A DNA stretch of 63,993 bases, the filler included, from Dimargaris cristalligena (taxonomy: Eukaryota): assembly GCA_003614675.1 (NCBI GenBank). It is 6 parts of 6 records of this genome, joined end to end, with 100 filler letters (N's around TTAATTAATTAA, not from the genome) between each part and the next. Parts side by side here need not be neighbours in the genome. Positions count along the whole stretch, not along the records: positions 21,509 to 32,143 come from ML003168.1; positions 32,244 to 42,865 come from ML003169.1; 4 more parts are not named here. The stretch is one strand, 5' to 3'. This document shows, in pieces, positions 21,961-33,516 of the stretch (positions are counted from its first letter, which is position 1; every line of letters begins with the position of its first letter). A program made the position numbers and the translations under genes. Below the pieces are notes generated by a model, which saw nothing but the letters and a program-made list of their open reading frames with translations, had not been told where the DNA came from and searched no databases.

Positions 21961-23421
21961 TTATATAATGACCGGCCAATAGGACCAGTTTCTACGTTTA
22001 GTAGGCACCATTTTTACACAGATGTAGTGGTTAATCAGCCTCAATGTGGCCTTAAATTTTTCGGGCTGGTTGTCTAGATACAAATCTGCTGGGAAAGGGA
22101 TAATTGATAATTGGGGGCTTTCACCCAAGGAATCTTTGGAGTTGAATAATCCAGTGCAATCATACCCTTGCTCATTCATAAAGAGCTGTATGTTCAGGGT
22201 TTGGGACGATTGGCTGACCCCTACCCCATAAATGAACATGGGCTGACTTAAAACGCTCTCTTTAGATATAACAAGATTTTCTAATCGTCGATTGAATGAA
22301 TGGCTGTTCCTACCTTGGGGTCTTCCTAGAGAATTGACGTAGAGGCCTGCCTTAGTTATAATTGAGCCTACAGTGTTTTTGAGTTTCTTGCAAATAGACG
22401 GACCGCCTAGAACTGAACACAGGTCTACAATAACGTCCTCGGTAAGCTTTGATTCATTCGCGGGAGTTCCCTCCGCCGGGCTACTCTTAGGCATAGATAT
22501 TTTCCCAAAGGCCTTCTGCGAAAGCCATCTGCATAATTCAGATGCCTACTTAAATTTATAGTCAGGATCCCCGATTATATCATTGATCTCCCGCCTTTCC
22601 CGCTCCGCTTTTGAGATGAACACTGGTTCGGCCTTGGAATCGATATCCCTACTTAGAATGCCCGATTCTAAGATTGTTGTTGATGACAAAGTAAGCGGCG
22701 AAACGACATCGGGGGTATGTATCTGGCTTTCCAACTGACTTTCAGTGGCCGACGAAGACACGGTGTCCAGTTTTTGGCGCTTCGGATTGGGCAGGACAAG
22801 ACTGTGTTTGCTCCTTACTAATTCGATCAGCGTCAACAAATCAAGGTAAGTTGTCGGTTCTGATGAGTCTTGCTCGAGGGTTCCGAGTGGAGGGGCTAAC
22901 AGGCCTCCGGAGGTTTCGTTACTTGTTTCTGCGGTATTATAGTCCCCGATTAGGGCCAGAATGGTGTCCCCAGACGGATTTACAGGGCCGATGGGCTGAT
23001 GGGAGATGGAAGGAGCCGGTGAGCTTGTAGGATCCACAAACTGGATATGGTCCGTATCATCCAAATTTAGATACTCTGCCAAATCCAATGCGGACTCGTG
23101 TGGGGGAATATCCGAGGCATTGTCGAGACCCAATACTAGATTGGTAGCAATTTGGGAGTCCGTTGCCATTGCGTATTCCGTTGTGGGAAATTGAAAGTGG
23201 TCAAAGAGTGTGGCGCTGGTGGGGGAGAGGGGATCGGGTGGTGGGATGTCGCTGGCAGAGGAAAGTCCGAGGAACTCATTGCTGTCAAATAGATCTGAAT
23301 CGCTACCAGTTGGAATAAATGCCGGGGAGCCTTGCAGGCTCGAGGGGTAGCCGAATCCCTGGCCTAGGGCCAAAATCCAAAGTAAGCATAGGGAAACGAG
23401 ATTTGTATTATTGTAGGCCAT
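21961..23421 (-). pseudogene. Secreted protein (~486 codons) interrupted by a single in-frame TAG at 22546-22548
   Basis: Signal peptide MAYNNTNLVSLCLLWILALGQGFG and an acidic S/P-rich region. ORFs 23421-22546 and 22494-21961 are in the same frame, joined as ...DYKFK*ASELCRWLSQKAFGKISMPK... TATAAA lies ~125 nt upstream. Confidence 0.6.
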
Positions 23422-23894
23422 ATCAGTGAACTACGGATCCGGGGTGGATATTTAGGTGGAGAGTAAAAAAAAATCGAATAGAAGCAATATATTATACCAT
23501 AGAGACAATGATGTTGAAATGTGATATAGGAGGGAAACTATTGAATTTATAAGGGTGCCAAACTGGATGAAAACATAAAAAAAATGTTTCGGATGGTTTG
23601 GGGATCAAGGGAAATGCTCAATGACTATAATATGCCAGGCAATGGTTGATCCACCAGCCTATTTTTGGTTGGTTGCTTCAAGAGGGAATATATTTTTGTG
23701 CGACTCTACCTGTGAATGAATGGGAGGGGGCAATTCGCCCAGCCAACGTCCACCATATACAATGTGTAACCTCAGCTTTGGTTCGATTGGTGCCTAGCGG
23801 TATATGTGACCCTAATGCTTACATATTTTTTCTTTTTAGATTAATGGGATGTTAGACATAAACAAAATATAAATGCCTTGATTTAATATATATA

Positions 23895-24034
23895 GGAGAG
23901 GTTCATTTAGGCTGTATAATGAAAAATCCATTAGATGAGGCCAATATTGCTGGTTAAAATCTATTTTCACATGTATTCACCCATACACATACTATGTAAA
24001 AACCTAATATAGCTGGTTTGAATTTCACCCATAT
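23895..24034 (+). repeat. Family D TIR arm
   Basis: ggagaggttcatttaggctgtataatgaaaaatccattag...cccatacacatactatgtaaaaacctaatatagctgg aligns with 10067-10205. Confidence 0.75.
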
Positions 24035-24110
24035 CCATTAGGCAATGTATTGCTATTATTGTTCACTAAAGGATTATGAGAGGGAAAGATCTACAATTAG
24101 CATTGGTAAA

Positions 24111-24695
24111 TGCTGCCTGGGTTAACTACTCTTATTCCATCAAGAGTCCTGAGGATAGGCTTCTAATGGTAGATAGGGCTTAGACCCAGCTAAGTGGGTC
24201 CTAGTATTAGGGTAGGGGCACAGTACTAACTAATAAAGGCTAAGTGCCAGTATATGCAAGGGACATGCAGTGGGCACACTTACTAGTCAGTATGGGGGGG
24301 GGAGTGAGTATATATAGGGTTTATTGGAGTAAACTAAGGGGTCAGAATAAGCTGAGGAATTAAACTGGTCCCAATGGGGCCTGGTTATATATACACAGGG
24401 GTGACTCCAGAGGGAGGTCCCCAGAGAAGGATACTACTAAGACTAGGGGTAAGATTAAGTAGGCCAACCGGATAGCCATGAGGACTTGGAAGACTCTGCT
24501 GGTAACTGGAAGAGTCTTCAGATCAGCACGGGAGTGATTAGTGCAAACCAAGGAGCCTGGAAGGGGAACAGTTATATGATATAGGGTGATCCCATAGTAC
24601 TGGGGGTGACCATGGGAAGGTTAATATGGTGCTATAAGGCCTAATAGGGATAGACAGCATTGTCCCCAGATTAAGTTGGATTAGAAGGTCCAACA
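24111..24695 (-). mobile_element. Solo LTR (family A), 585 bp, 5-bp TSD GTAAA
   Basis: TG...CA termini, with GTAAA at 24106-24110 and 24696-24700. Reverse complement aligns with 14746-15334. Confidence 0.88.
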
Positions 24696-26363
24696 GTAAA
24701 CACCCACAGTTAGTTTTAGATGTAAGAAATTATTATTGATATCAAGTGAAATCTCAAAAATGTAATGTTGGGCCTGAAATGTGGGCTTAGTGGGGTGAGA
24801 TGAGCGAATTTCTTACAGGAGTTAGAAATCAGTCAAACTCCTCTCTTTTTCCTTGTCGCACTACTTCCCTGTATCCGAATACATCCTAATGCAGCACCTG
24901 GCGCCACTTTTTAAGCGTGACCTCATGCTATCTGGGGATGTACAATTGTCATCTATGCGTGATATTTTCCGGTACGAACTTGCCTCGTTTGGCACGATAC
25001 AAATGGCATCTTGGGTAGATTCGAATAGGCGTAAAATGATATACAATCTTAACCATATTTACCCTTTTATGCCCGGCGTTAATGCCACTATTATGCCCAA
25101 GATGCTTTATCACCCGGATATAGTACGAATATTTACTATTCGAATATCAGCCCATATCCTTTTGCATTCGGATTTGGTGATACACGGACAACACCGCCGC
25201 TGCTTTGCTATCTCTGAGACTCATTATATGATACCAGATCACCCTTGAAGTATCCACGTCAAACCTCCGGCCACTATGGCCAACATTGCAACTTAGCAGT
25301 CACTCTTGCTATTCCCGCCGTAGTATAAATACTGACGGAACTACCGATTTATTTATAAAGCGGCCAATGGTAGCCCTAGTTTTTTGAGATTGTCATTATT
25401 AGTATCATTCGGTAGTACCCTTTAGTACCTTATCATTTATCCCCCCCCCCTTATTTCTAGCATCTCCGGCGGTAGGAAACCCTAACGCCCTCCGTGCCCC
25501 TGTTCTCCCGAGCCCCATCTTTATCACACGTACCCTCCCTGCCTCAAAAGCAATATACGTATCACTATCATATTTAGATTTCTATTTATACCGATTGCTT
25601 TGGGCTCTTGTGAGGTTGATGGTCACCTGCGAGTGGACTTTTAAACACATTCGTTGCTGAACCTGGATCATTTGATCGACTGGTTATTCTTCCCTGTCGT
25701 GTTACTTCATTCGCATCCGGCTTTCATTATATATACAAAGCCTTACAAGATACCTTTTCCTGTATTTAGTCTGATGAATAAATAAATTCAACTTTTGATT
25801 CTAAAACATACAATAACAAGCCATTTAAACTCTGGTTGAGTAAGCCGGTTGCTTTCCGACGGTATACATCCAATGGGTGCAATTAAGTGCTACAAAGTCT
25901 GTTCAAGTGGCATGGCCCCCATGTGTAACTCATCAACCGTACTACTAATGCATAGGTGTATTTTATTTTTAATTATAGTAATCGAAGTAATAGATAGAAA
26001 TAGGCCATATATCGGTACCTTAGTTTGGTGTAATAATAGTATAGATTCCTTAAAAAAAATCAAGTTAAAAATGATAATGACCAATGGGCCAATAGAGTTC
26101 GAGCCGGTCAAGTGATGATATGAATGTATGAAATGAATGCAAAGACCAAACACGAAACACTGAAGGTATAGAGAAATAAAGAGAAAGTAATCAGGCCGCA
26201 GCATCATTAATGATTAATCTCCCCCCTTCCCATCGCCCAGCTCGTGAAGGGAGGCCAAATGTGGTATGGCGGAGATGAATGAACGACCGTGGCCAATCCC
26301 ATATTCGGTGGAGAAGGGGGAATAACATAGCCGCTATTACAAAAAACTTGCAACCCGCCCTCT

Positions 26364-27770
26364 TTATTCCGATTTACTGTGACGCGCCTGGTGGGTTGGC
26401 TCATCGAGATCGGAGCGGTGAGCAACCATCCAGTCGGCCACCGAAGGGGCATTGTACGAGGTCACGTCGTTAATTTCGTGGCCAATGACCTTACAGAAAT
26501 CATCCAGGGGCAAGTCGTTATCATCGTCTCCGAAGGGATTCTCGATTTCCTTACCAATGTGTAAGACACCAAGCATGGTGAAGGCCACAATGGCCGTGAT
26601 GGGGACAGTGACCCAGTTGAGCAGGGGGAGAAGCTGGAAGGGGAGAGCCAAGCAATACAGGAGGACAGTCTGGTGAAGGTGAATGGCGTACGCGACTGGA
26701 ATGGGGGTACGCTGGATACGTTCGTAACCGGTCAGGCATTCCGTGAGAGTATTGATGGCATTGAGGATAAGACCCAGATGGACGGCATCAATGTGGCCCT
26801 CGTCCTTGGCGTGGACGATGTAGTTGGAGATGAAGAGGCTGACCACGTAGGGAACGGTGGCATTCTCGGACTGGAGGTCTTCGGCGGTGACAGAGTCGCT
26901 TCGGAATCCCCGGCGCACCAATTGGGCAATCGAGAGGTTTCTACGGCGTCTGGACTTGGTGGCGGCGGGGCTAAAAGTCGGCTCGTGTTCGGCAATATCT
27001 TCGTTGAAGTCGACTCGGTGCTTTTGGGAGGTCTTGGAGTTGTTCAAGGTATCGAGGGGGTAGGTTGAACTAGAGGCACTGGGGGGGTGATTGAATGTCG
27101 GGTGACTGTCTTCAGAACGTAGGCGGGTCTGGTTATCGCTCTCCGAAACATCGAGGGTGGAGTCCCGGCGGTCCTTGTCGGCCGGAGTGTTGGTCTGGGT
27201 CATATCGTCATAGGTGGGGGAGCGGGGCTGGGGTTCCATATTATCCAAAAAGGTGGGGTCCCGGGCCCAACCATCGGAAAGCTGGTGCTGGGACATGATA
27301 GCTTGGTAGTATTCACGGAGAGTGGGAATCACGGGGCGAATGGCCTCAATGTGTTCCATTTCGACGAAGGGGTCGGTTCCGTGCAGGTAGCACTTCACGG
27401 CCACGGCAAAGGCGTGCAGTAAATGAACGGCCACGTCCTTTTCGCTGGCCAACTCCTCGGGGATGATAGTCCACAAGAGCCGGGCCAGGTTTCGAATGGC
27501 CAGGACCATTTGACTCCATACTTTCCGACCTTCCCAGTATCGGTCGTAGGCGGTATTGGTTCGGAAGACCAAGAGCAGGGAAATCACAAATGCCAGAATG
27601 GTGATTATGCTGTTGGTGATACCGAGATTCAGAACAGTGTACTTGTCCACGGCTACCACCGCGGCGGACCAGGCGGCGAAGAAGATAACGGCCGGGGCGA
27701 CGTGGGGCACCACCGAGCCATGAAAGCGTAGGACAATGGAGTAGCTAGTATCGTAGGTGGCAACGGACAT
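26364..27770 (-). CDS. Bestrophin-family (UPF0187/YneE/VCCN1-like) anion channel, paralog A, 468 aa, intronless
   Basis: Contains SLLLVFRTNTAYDRYWEGRKVW, ERIQRTPIPVAY and IGKEIENPFGDDDNDLPLD, with four hydrophobic segments. ATG at 27770 is in GCCATG context. Confidence 0.93.
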   Translation of the reverse strand: MSVATYDTSYSIVLRFHGSVVPHVAPAVIFFAAWSAAVVAVDKYTVLNLGITNSIITILAFVISLLLVFRTNTAYDRYWEGRKVWSQMVLAIRNLARLLWTIIPEELASEKDVAVHLLHAFAVAVKCYLHGTDPFVEMEHIEAIRPVIPTLREYYQAIMSQHQLSDGWARDPTFLDNMEPQPRSPTYDDMTQTNTPADKDRRDSTLDVSESDNQTRLRSEDSHPTFNHPPSASSSTYPLDTLNNSKTSQKHRVDFNEDIAEHEPTFSPAATKSRRRRNLSIAQLVRRGFRSDSVTAEDLQSENATVPYVVSLFISNYIVHAKDEGHIDAVHLGLILNAINTLTECLTGYERIQRTPIPVAYAIHLHQTVLLYCLALPFQLLPLLNWVTVPITAIVAFTMLGVLHIGKEIENPFGDDDNDLPLDDFCKVIGHEINDVTSYNAPSVADWMVAHRSDLDEPTHQARHSKSE

Positions 27771-29656
27771 GGCGATACAGAGAGTTAGGCAGGGGGAGGA
27801 GAATCGGGGAAAGCCGAAAACTAGCGGCCAGGGGACAGGCAAAGACGGTGCTGAGTATGGGGAGCAAGTTTTGTTGATAGGTCAGAAATAATAGGACTTA
27901 TTTTTTGGAAACTGGGGAAGAAGCGGAGTGAGAAGGGAGGTAGGAGGACTAAGAGACCGAGCCCTATACGGGGCAAAAAAATCAGAGGAGCAAGAAGAGG
28001 AAAGGATAGGCTAGCACTGGTGATGGACTCCTAAATAAACGGAAAGACCTGGAAAGAAAGATAGTGCCCACATGAGTGGGAGGCGTGTTGAATAGTCTGT
28101 GTATGCGTGGGTGTGCTTGACTATATGCGCATATAGAATTAGGGCGAATATAGGCGCCTATTTACTTGAGTGTTGATAGACCAGACCACACATCCTCCTT
28201 CAAACCGATGTTCCTCTTCGCCTTGTCCTTCAAACAGCCGCCACAAACGACAACTATCCACCGGTACAGTAGGCCTATTGTTCAGCGGAGTGTTTGCCGA
28301 GGATGTACCCAGTATTTACCCACCCAGCCAACGCCGACTGAACGCTGTCTCGATTTCATTTTTGGATAGGTAAACAGAATCGCGTCCCATGATTGCTGGG
28401 TTATTTCGGTTGAGGTGAGTCCCTCTGCAAATGGAGGGGTTATTAAGCATGGGTGGGAATGCCTTTGAGTGCCCTCACAGGGTGGTGCAAAGGGTGAGAG
28501 AGGGGTACTAAAATGCAATGACCATCGTACATCTGCCCGCACATTGGTAATTGGTGGGGTATTATGTGGTGTACATAGAAGATGAGCTCAGGTGCATATC
28601 GAGTCTGCATGAATATAAATCGTATTGGTGGATAGGGGTAAGAAACGAAAAAGGAAAGACAACAATAGCCCACTTCTTACCATTCGATTTGCAACGCCAG
28701 GATAGGCGGCCTGCGATGGCCAACCGAAGGAAGCGAACTCTATTCGATGCAGAAAAGAGGGGCTCGACTGCTGGTAAAACAATCAAAGAGAAGAATCGCT
28801 CAGTCGCGCCAACCACAGTGGCCGGATGGCCATCACCTATCTATCAATTTGTGAATGAGCGTGGCGATCCTTGCTACCATGTTTCGTTCCCCTTCGAGGA
28901 TTGGGGGGGGGAGTGTTCTGGGGTAAGCGTGAATGGGGAGCGAGAAACATGCCTACCATCCCCGCCCTTCCTTCTAGCTCATGCACCACACAGTTTCCAC
29001 AATAGTCCGGCGGCTGATGGTCAGCGTTCGTTAACAATGTGCCCGGCAACGGGGCTAGTCTCATCTACTAAGCATGCAGTTGGACCTAGTTGCAATGCTA
29101 AAAGTAGCGCTTCGAATAGCGTGAATAGTCATCAAGATAGATCCGGCCTGGAGAAACCATTGTCCGCAAGATAGCCCCGAGCAAGCTGATGGTCGCTGAT
29201 GTAACCGGTGGGCCTTTTCTAAGTAGCGGCGGGGACCGACTGATTATGCTGAGCACCACAGAACCGTGGGGTGTATGTGGGTGAAGTAAATAGATGTCTC
29301 ATTGCTGGATCTTTCGCTCTTCGCTTTTTTTAGGATTCAAGGTGATTTTCCTACTGTGTTAATAATACCAGTACTGCCTCCCCTTTCCCCTTGTGCCTTT
29401 TACCTGCCCTATCCCTCACCAGCAGTACTTTTCCCCGTCTCCGCCCGCTTTCCTCTCCTTCTCTCCTTATATTCCCTTTTTTTATCAGTCATACATATCC
29501 CCGTCTCGGTGGGCCTTTTCCAAAACTCCGCGCTATTCCCCTTGTCTCTCTACTCAACTTTAAGTTTACTCAGTAACTGATAGTAGCCCCTTTTAGCGAG
29601 TGATATCGTATTATTTTTGTTCCCAAGCGAAGCGGCCCCCATTCCCTACGCCCGCC

Positions 29657-30979
29657 ATGACCGTGAAAATCACAAAGGTCGACTCCAAATACCCGGACGC
29701 CCTCCGGTTCAAGGGGGGTATTGTCAAGGAGATCTTCCCCGTCGTTCTCTTCATGACCCTCTTCGCCACCATGGTGGTATGCGTCTCATTGTACACTGAG
29801 AAGGACATGTCCCTAAACGCCATTGCCATCACCGTTCTATCCACCGTCGTCTCCCTGCTCATTTCCCTGCGTACCAACAGTGCCTACGACCGCTTCTGGG
29901 AGGCCCGTAAGCTGTGGAGTCAACTCACTTTTAATATTCGCAACCTGTCTCGGAATATATGGGTGCTGGTGTCCGAGACCAAAACCTCCGAGGATGGCTG
30001 CTATCACCTCGAGCGTCAGTTGAAGCGCGCCACCGCTGGTATGTTGGTTGCCTTTTGCTATGCCGTCAAAGACCACCTAGCCGAAGCCCCGCTGTCCAAT
30101 GACAAAATCTGCCTCTTCATGCAGCACATCCCCGGGTTCATTGACCAAATTAACCGCCGGGGGGCCAAACGGGCCGGTGCTGATGCCTACCACCTGCGCT
30201 ACTTGGCCCGCACTTCCACCGACGGTGATATCACCAGCGTACGGGCCCGCCGCAACACCACTCTGCCCGGCCCCGGCACGAGTCCAGCCGGCTACTCCAT
30301 CAAAGCACCCAGCTTCTTTAGCCGCCTCGGGGCCAGTGTGAAAATGGCCGGGCGGGCTCATTGGCTGCACCGCGGCCAGTCGAGTACCCAGACCATCCGC
30401 CGCAAATACCGGTTTCCCAAGCCTAACGTTCCCAACACCATTGCCCTGCACTTCTCGGCCTACATTAGTCGCCTCCTCAAAAAAGGCTACATTGAAGGTC
30501 CGATGGCCACCAACCTTCACAACGGCCTAAATGCTATTGTGGATGCGTTCACTTCGTTGGAACGGATCCAGCGTACCCCTATTCCGCTGGCTTACAGTGT
30601 CCACCTCCACCAGTCCACTTGGATTTTCCTGCTGATGCTACCGTTCCAGCTGGTCGCCCCTCTCAAGTGGGTTGCCGTACCCATTGTGGCGCTCGCCGCT
30701 TTTGTGCTTTTCGGTACCCTGGCCATTGGTGAACAAATCGAGAACCCCTTCAACGGCGACGAAAATGATTTACCTCTCGAATTCTTTTGCGAGGTCATGG
30801 AGCACGAAATCAATGGTATTACGAGCGTCCCCTTTGCCTTTAAAACTGAACACTGGGTCCCCATTACCACACTGATTAACACTCCGGATCCGACGGCGGC
30901 TGCCAAGCCCCCTCCAGGTGCAGCCACAGTTACTGGCAGCAACGCCAGCAGTGGAGGAGGTGGAGGTGGCAATGATTAG
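29657..30979 (+). CDS. Bestrophin-family (UPF0187/YneE/VCCN1-like) anion channel, paralog B, 440 aa, intronless
   Basis: Contains SLLISLRTNSAYDRFWEARKLW, ERIQRTPIPLAY and IGEQIENPFNGDENDLPLE. ATG at 29657 is in GCCATG context. Confidence 0.93.
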   Translation: MTVKITKVDSKYPDALRFKGGIVKEIFPVVLFMTLFATMVVCVSLYTEKDMSLNAIAITVLSTVVSLLISLRTNSAYDRFWEARKLWSQLTFNIRNLSRNIWVLVSETKTSEDGCYHLERQLKRATAGMLVAFCYAVKDHLAEAPLSNDKICLFMQHIPGFIDQINRRGAKRAGADAYHLRYLARTSTDGDITSVRARRNTTLPGPGTSPAGYSIKAPSFFSRLGASVKMAGRAHWLHRGQSSTQTIRRKYRFPKPNVPNTIALHFSAYISRLLKKGYIEGPMATNLHNGLNAIVDAFTSLERIQRTPIPLAYSVHLHQSTWIFLLMLPFQLVAPLKWVAVPIVALAAFVLFGTLAIGEQIENPFNGDENDLPLEFFCEVMEHEINGITSVPFAFKTEHWVPITTLINTPDPTAAAKPPPGAATVTGSNASSGGGGGGND

Positions 30980-32143
30980 AAGCAATGTGAATAATAAGTG
31001 CAGCTTCGGCTAACCATGTTTGACCCTCCTGCGTGGTATATTTTCCCGTTGTTTGATTTTAATGTGCTGGCCAATCCCAACTTAGAAGCTGGGCCGCTTA
31101 AACAAATGTCTTATTGGGGAGAGGTGTTTCCTCTTCCCTTTCCCATGGATGTCGCCGGTGGCATCCATCATCTCGCCTTTCCAATTCCCGTTAATACCCT
31201 CGCCATTTTTTAGGCGCGTGTCATTTCATACCGTTTTCCCCTATTGAATAATTGAATTCTCCTCCTTCATATTACTTTAAAACATTATTTTATTTGCATC
31301 TGTTATCACCATTTACCTATACATCATTATTTCAGTGCCCTCTTTTTTTTTTTGACTGGCAGTACTTTCGGTTTGGATTATCCTGCACTACGATGCAGCC
31401 TTGGTTTGCACTGTCTGGCAATAAACCGTACATGTCGTTATGACAATTGACTGAAAGTTACAGTATCCCTTTGTGGACCAGCGACATGCCTTTCTATTTT
31501 ATAGATAATCATTCGTTGATTCTCGTAAGGCCAGATGCTCTACCCAGATCATGGTGTAACCCGGATGCTGCTGGTTTAATTGAAAAAGCAATTGTTAAGG
31601 CTTTCGTTCGGGTGTATACTGTAATGGATGATACATGAATAGGCCAATGTCAGGTGTTGCCTCATTGTAGGGTCTGTTTGAAAGGATTGTGGGTATCCAA
31701 TACAGTATTTAGACGAAACCAGTCGTAAACGGTGTCGTGCGGTTGTGAAAAAGACGACGCGTTTGTTATTGATTCGGCGTAATGGGGCCTTTCAGAGGGC
31801 GTCAGGAATTGCTAGTGGATTTGTGTCACCTCAATGTCACACCGGACTATAGGGGTAGTTAATTTACGATACGCTTGCCGAGTGGAGCGCTGCCTAACTA
31901 CACCACCAGAAAACTCCCTTGTTAGCTAGGGGTGTATGTTACACAATCCTCAAAACTTTAGGACCCCCCCCCTCGTCCTTAGATTGAACTGCTGGTGCAT
32001 TAAGGAGGGAAACGGAGAGTCGTGTTAATGCAAAGCCTCAGGGGTAATTTAAACCTAGTGGTTTGTTGTGGCCGGGCCTGCTTAAACTCTAATAGCATAT
32101 CCCGGCCAAACTATTTTTAGTTTAGAAAAGATGAAGAACATCA

Positions 32144-32243
32144 NNNNNNNNNNNNNNNNNNNNNNNNNNNNNNNNNNNNNNNNNNNNTTAATTAATTAAN
32201 NNNNNNNNNNNNNNNNNNNNNNNNNNNNNNNNNNNNNNNNNNN
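32144..32243. other. Artificial contig linker
   Basis: N44-TTAATTAATTAA-N44. Confidence 0.99.
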
Positions 32244-32373
32244 ATATGGCTACCAATTTTTAGTGTAAGAAAATAAAGATTATAAACCAAGAAGTGGGTA
32301 ATGTGAGGATCAAATTAGACAGAAAATGATTCCAGAAACCACCCCTCTCCAGCAATGAAAAAGTAGTATTAAT

Positions 32374-33516
32374 TTATCGGCGAGGCCGTTCCTTAACCAC
32401 CATGGGGTTGGGGTATTTACGGGTCTTGCCACCCTTGGCCGGTTTGCCCCACGGGGACACGGGGTGAGTGTTACCCTTGGATTTACCACGACCACCACCG
32501 TGCGGATGGTCACATCTGTTCATAGCCGCACCTCGCACACTCGGACGCCAGCCGCGGTGGCGCCGGGCTCCAGCTTTACCGAGTTGCGTGTTGATGTGGT
32601 TAAGGTTGGATACGACTCCAATCGTGGCCACGGCGTGTACGGGAATTTTCCGCACTTCACCGGAGCATAGACGCACCTGGGCGTAACCCGTGTTGCCCGT
32701 CGACAGGAGCTGGCCGAACGTACCGGCGGACCGGGCCAGTTTGGCGGGCCCACTGGGTTGGAGACCGATGCAGTGAATGTTGATACCCACCGGGATCATG
32801 CTCAACAACAAACAGTTGCCCACACTCACGTTCACCGACCGCGTAATTTCTTCACCGGTGCTGGCATCAGTCTCCTTGGAAGGATCGTAATTACGGAAGG
32901 AATGCACAATCATGCCGGGTTCCAGCTTATCAGGGGCCACGATATAGGACAGGGCCTTTGTTTCCGAGTGTTCCAGCAGAGCAATGTGGGCCGAACGACC
33001 CGGATCGTATTCGATACGCACCACCTTCTGGGGACCCGCCTCGACACGCCGAAAGTCTACAAGCCGGATCCGCCGTTTATGGCCGCCACCCCGGTGCCGC
33101 ACCGTAATTCGACCGGTATTGTTACGACCCCCCTTATTCCGTTTGGCGACGGTCAGAGACGGGATGGGACCCTTCTTCCAGAGGTGGTCCCGCAGGGGCA
33201 TACGCTTATGACGAATACCGGGGGTGATTGGTTTGTACGTTTTGAAGAGGGCATCGCGGCGAACTACGGCCATGTGCCGGCGTGGAGTGAGCGCTAGGCT
33301 GGTGGAGGCTAGGGGACTACCACTACCGGTCGTTAATAGACCACCATGGAAAGGAGACCGAGTGAACGACGGGGCTACAGAGCGAATCAGTAACGAAGAA
33401 GGGCTGGGTCGAAGGGTGGCGGACGACAAAAGGCGAGTAGTTGGTCGAACACTATTGCGCAAGGCTAGTGCCGCATTCGGGCCGATCGTGGCTCGAGCTT
33501 GCCAGATCGGGAGCAT
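32374..33516 (-). CDS. RML2: Mitochondrial large-subunit ribosomal protein uL2m, 380 aa
   Basis: Contains YKPITPGIRH, GRNNTGRITVRHRGGGHKR, IEYDPGRSAHIAL, ARSAGT and GWRPSVRGAAMNRCDHPHGGG. The N-terminal presequence is R/S/L-rich and acid-free. Confidence 0.97.
   Translation of the reverse strand: MLPIWQARATIGPNAALALRNSVRPTTRLLSSATLRPSPSSLLIRSVAPSFTRSPFHGGLLTTGSGSPLASTSLALTPRRHMAVVRRDALFKTYKPITPGIRHKRMPLRDHLWKKGPIPSLTVAKRNKGGRNNTGRITVRHRGGGHKRRIRLVDFRRVEAGPQKVVRIEYDPGRSAHIALLEHSETKALSYIVAPDKLEPGMIVHSFRNYDPSKETDASTGEEITRSVNVSVGNCLLLSMIPVGINIHCIGLQPSGPAKLARSAGTFGQLLSTGNTGYAQVRLCSGEVRKIPVHAVATIGVVSNLNHINTQLGKAGARRHRGWRPSVRGAAMNRCDHPHGGGRGKSKGNTHPVSPWGKPAKGGKTRKYPNPMVVKERPRR

Noticed and set aside
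22546..22548. Alternative genetic code (TAA/TAG = Gln) to explain in-frame stops
   Set aside because: Conserved genes here end at TAA/TAG at the expected C-termini and have no internal stops, so the standard code applies.
28551..29174. 207-aa ORF between the two bestrophins
   Set aside because: Non-ATG start, no codon bias or motif. Most likely chance in the shared promoter region.
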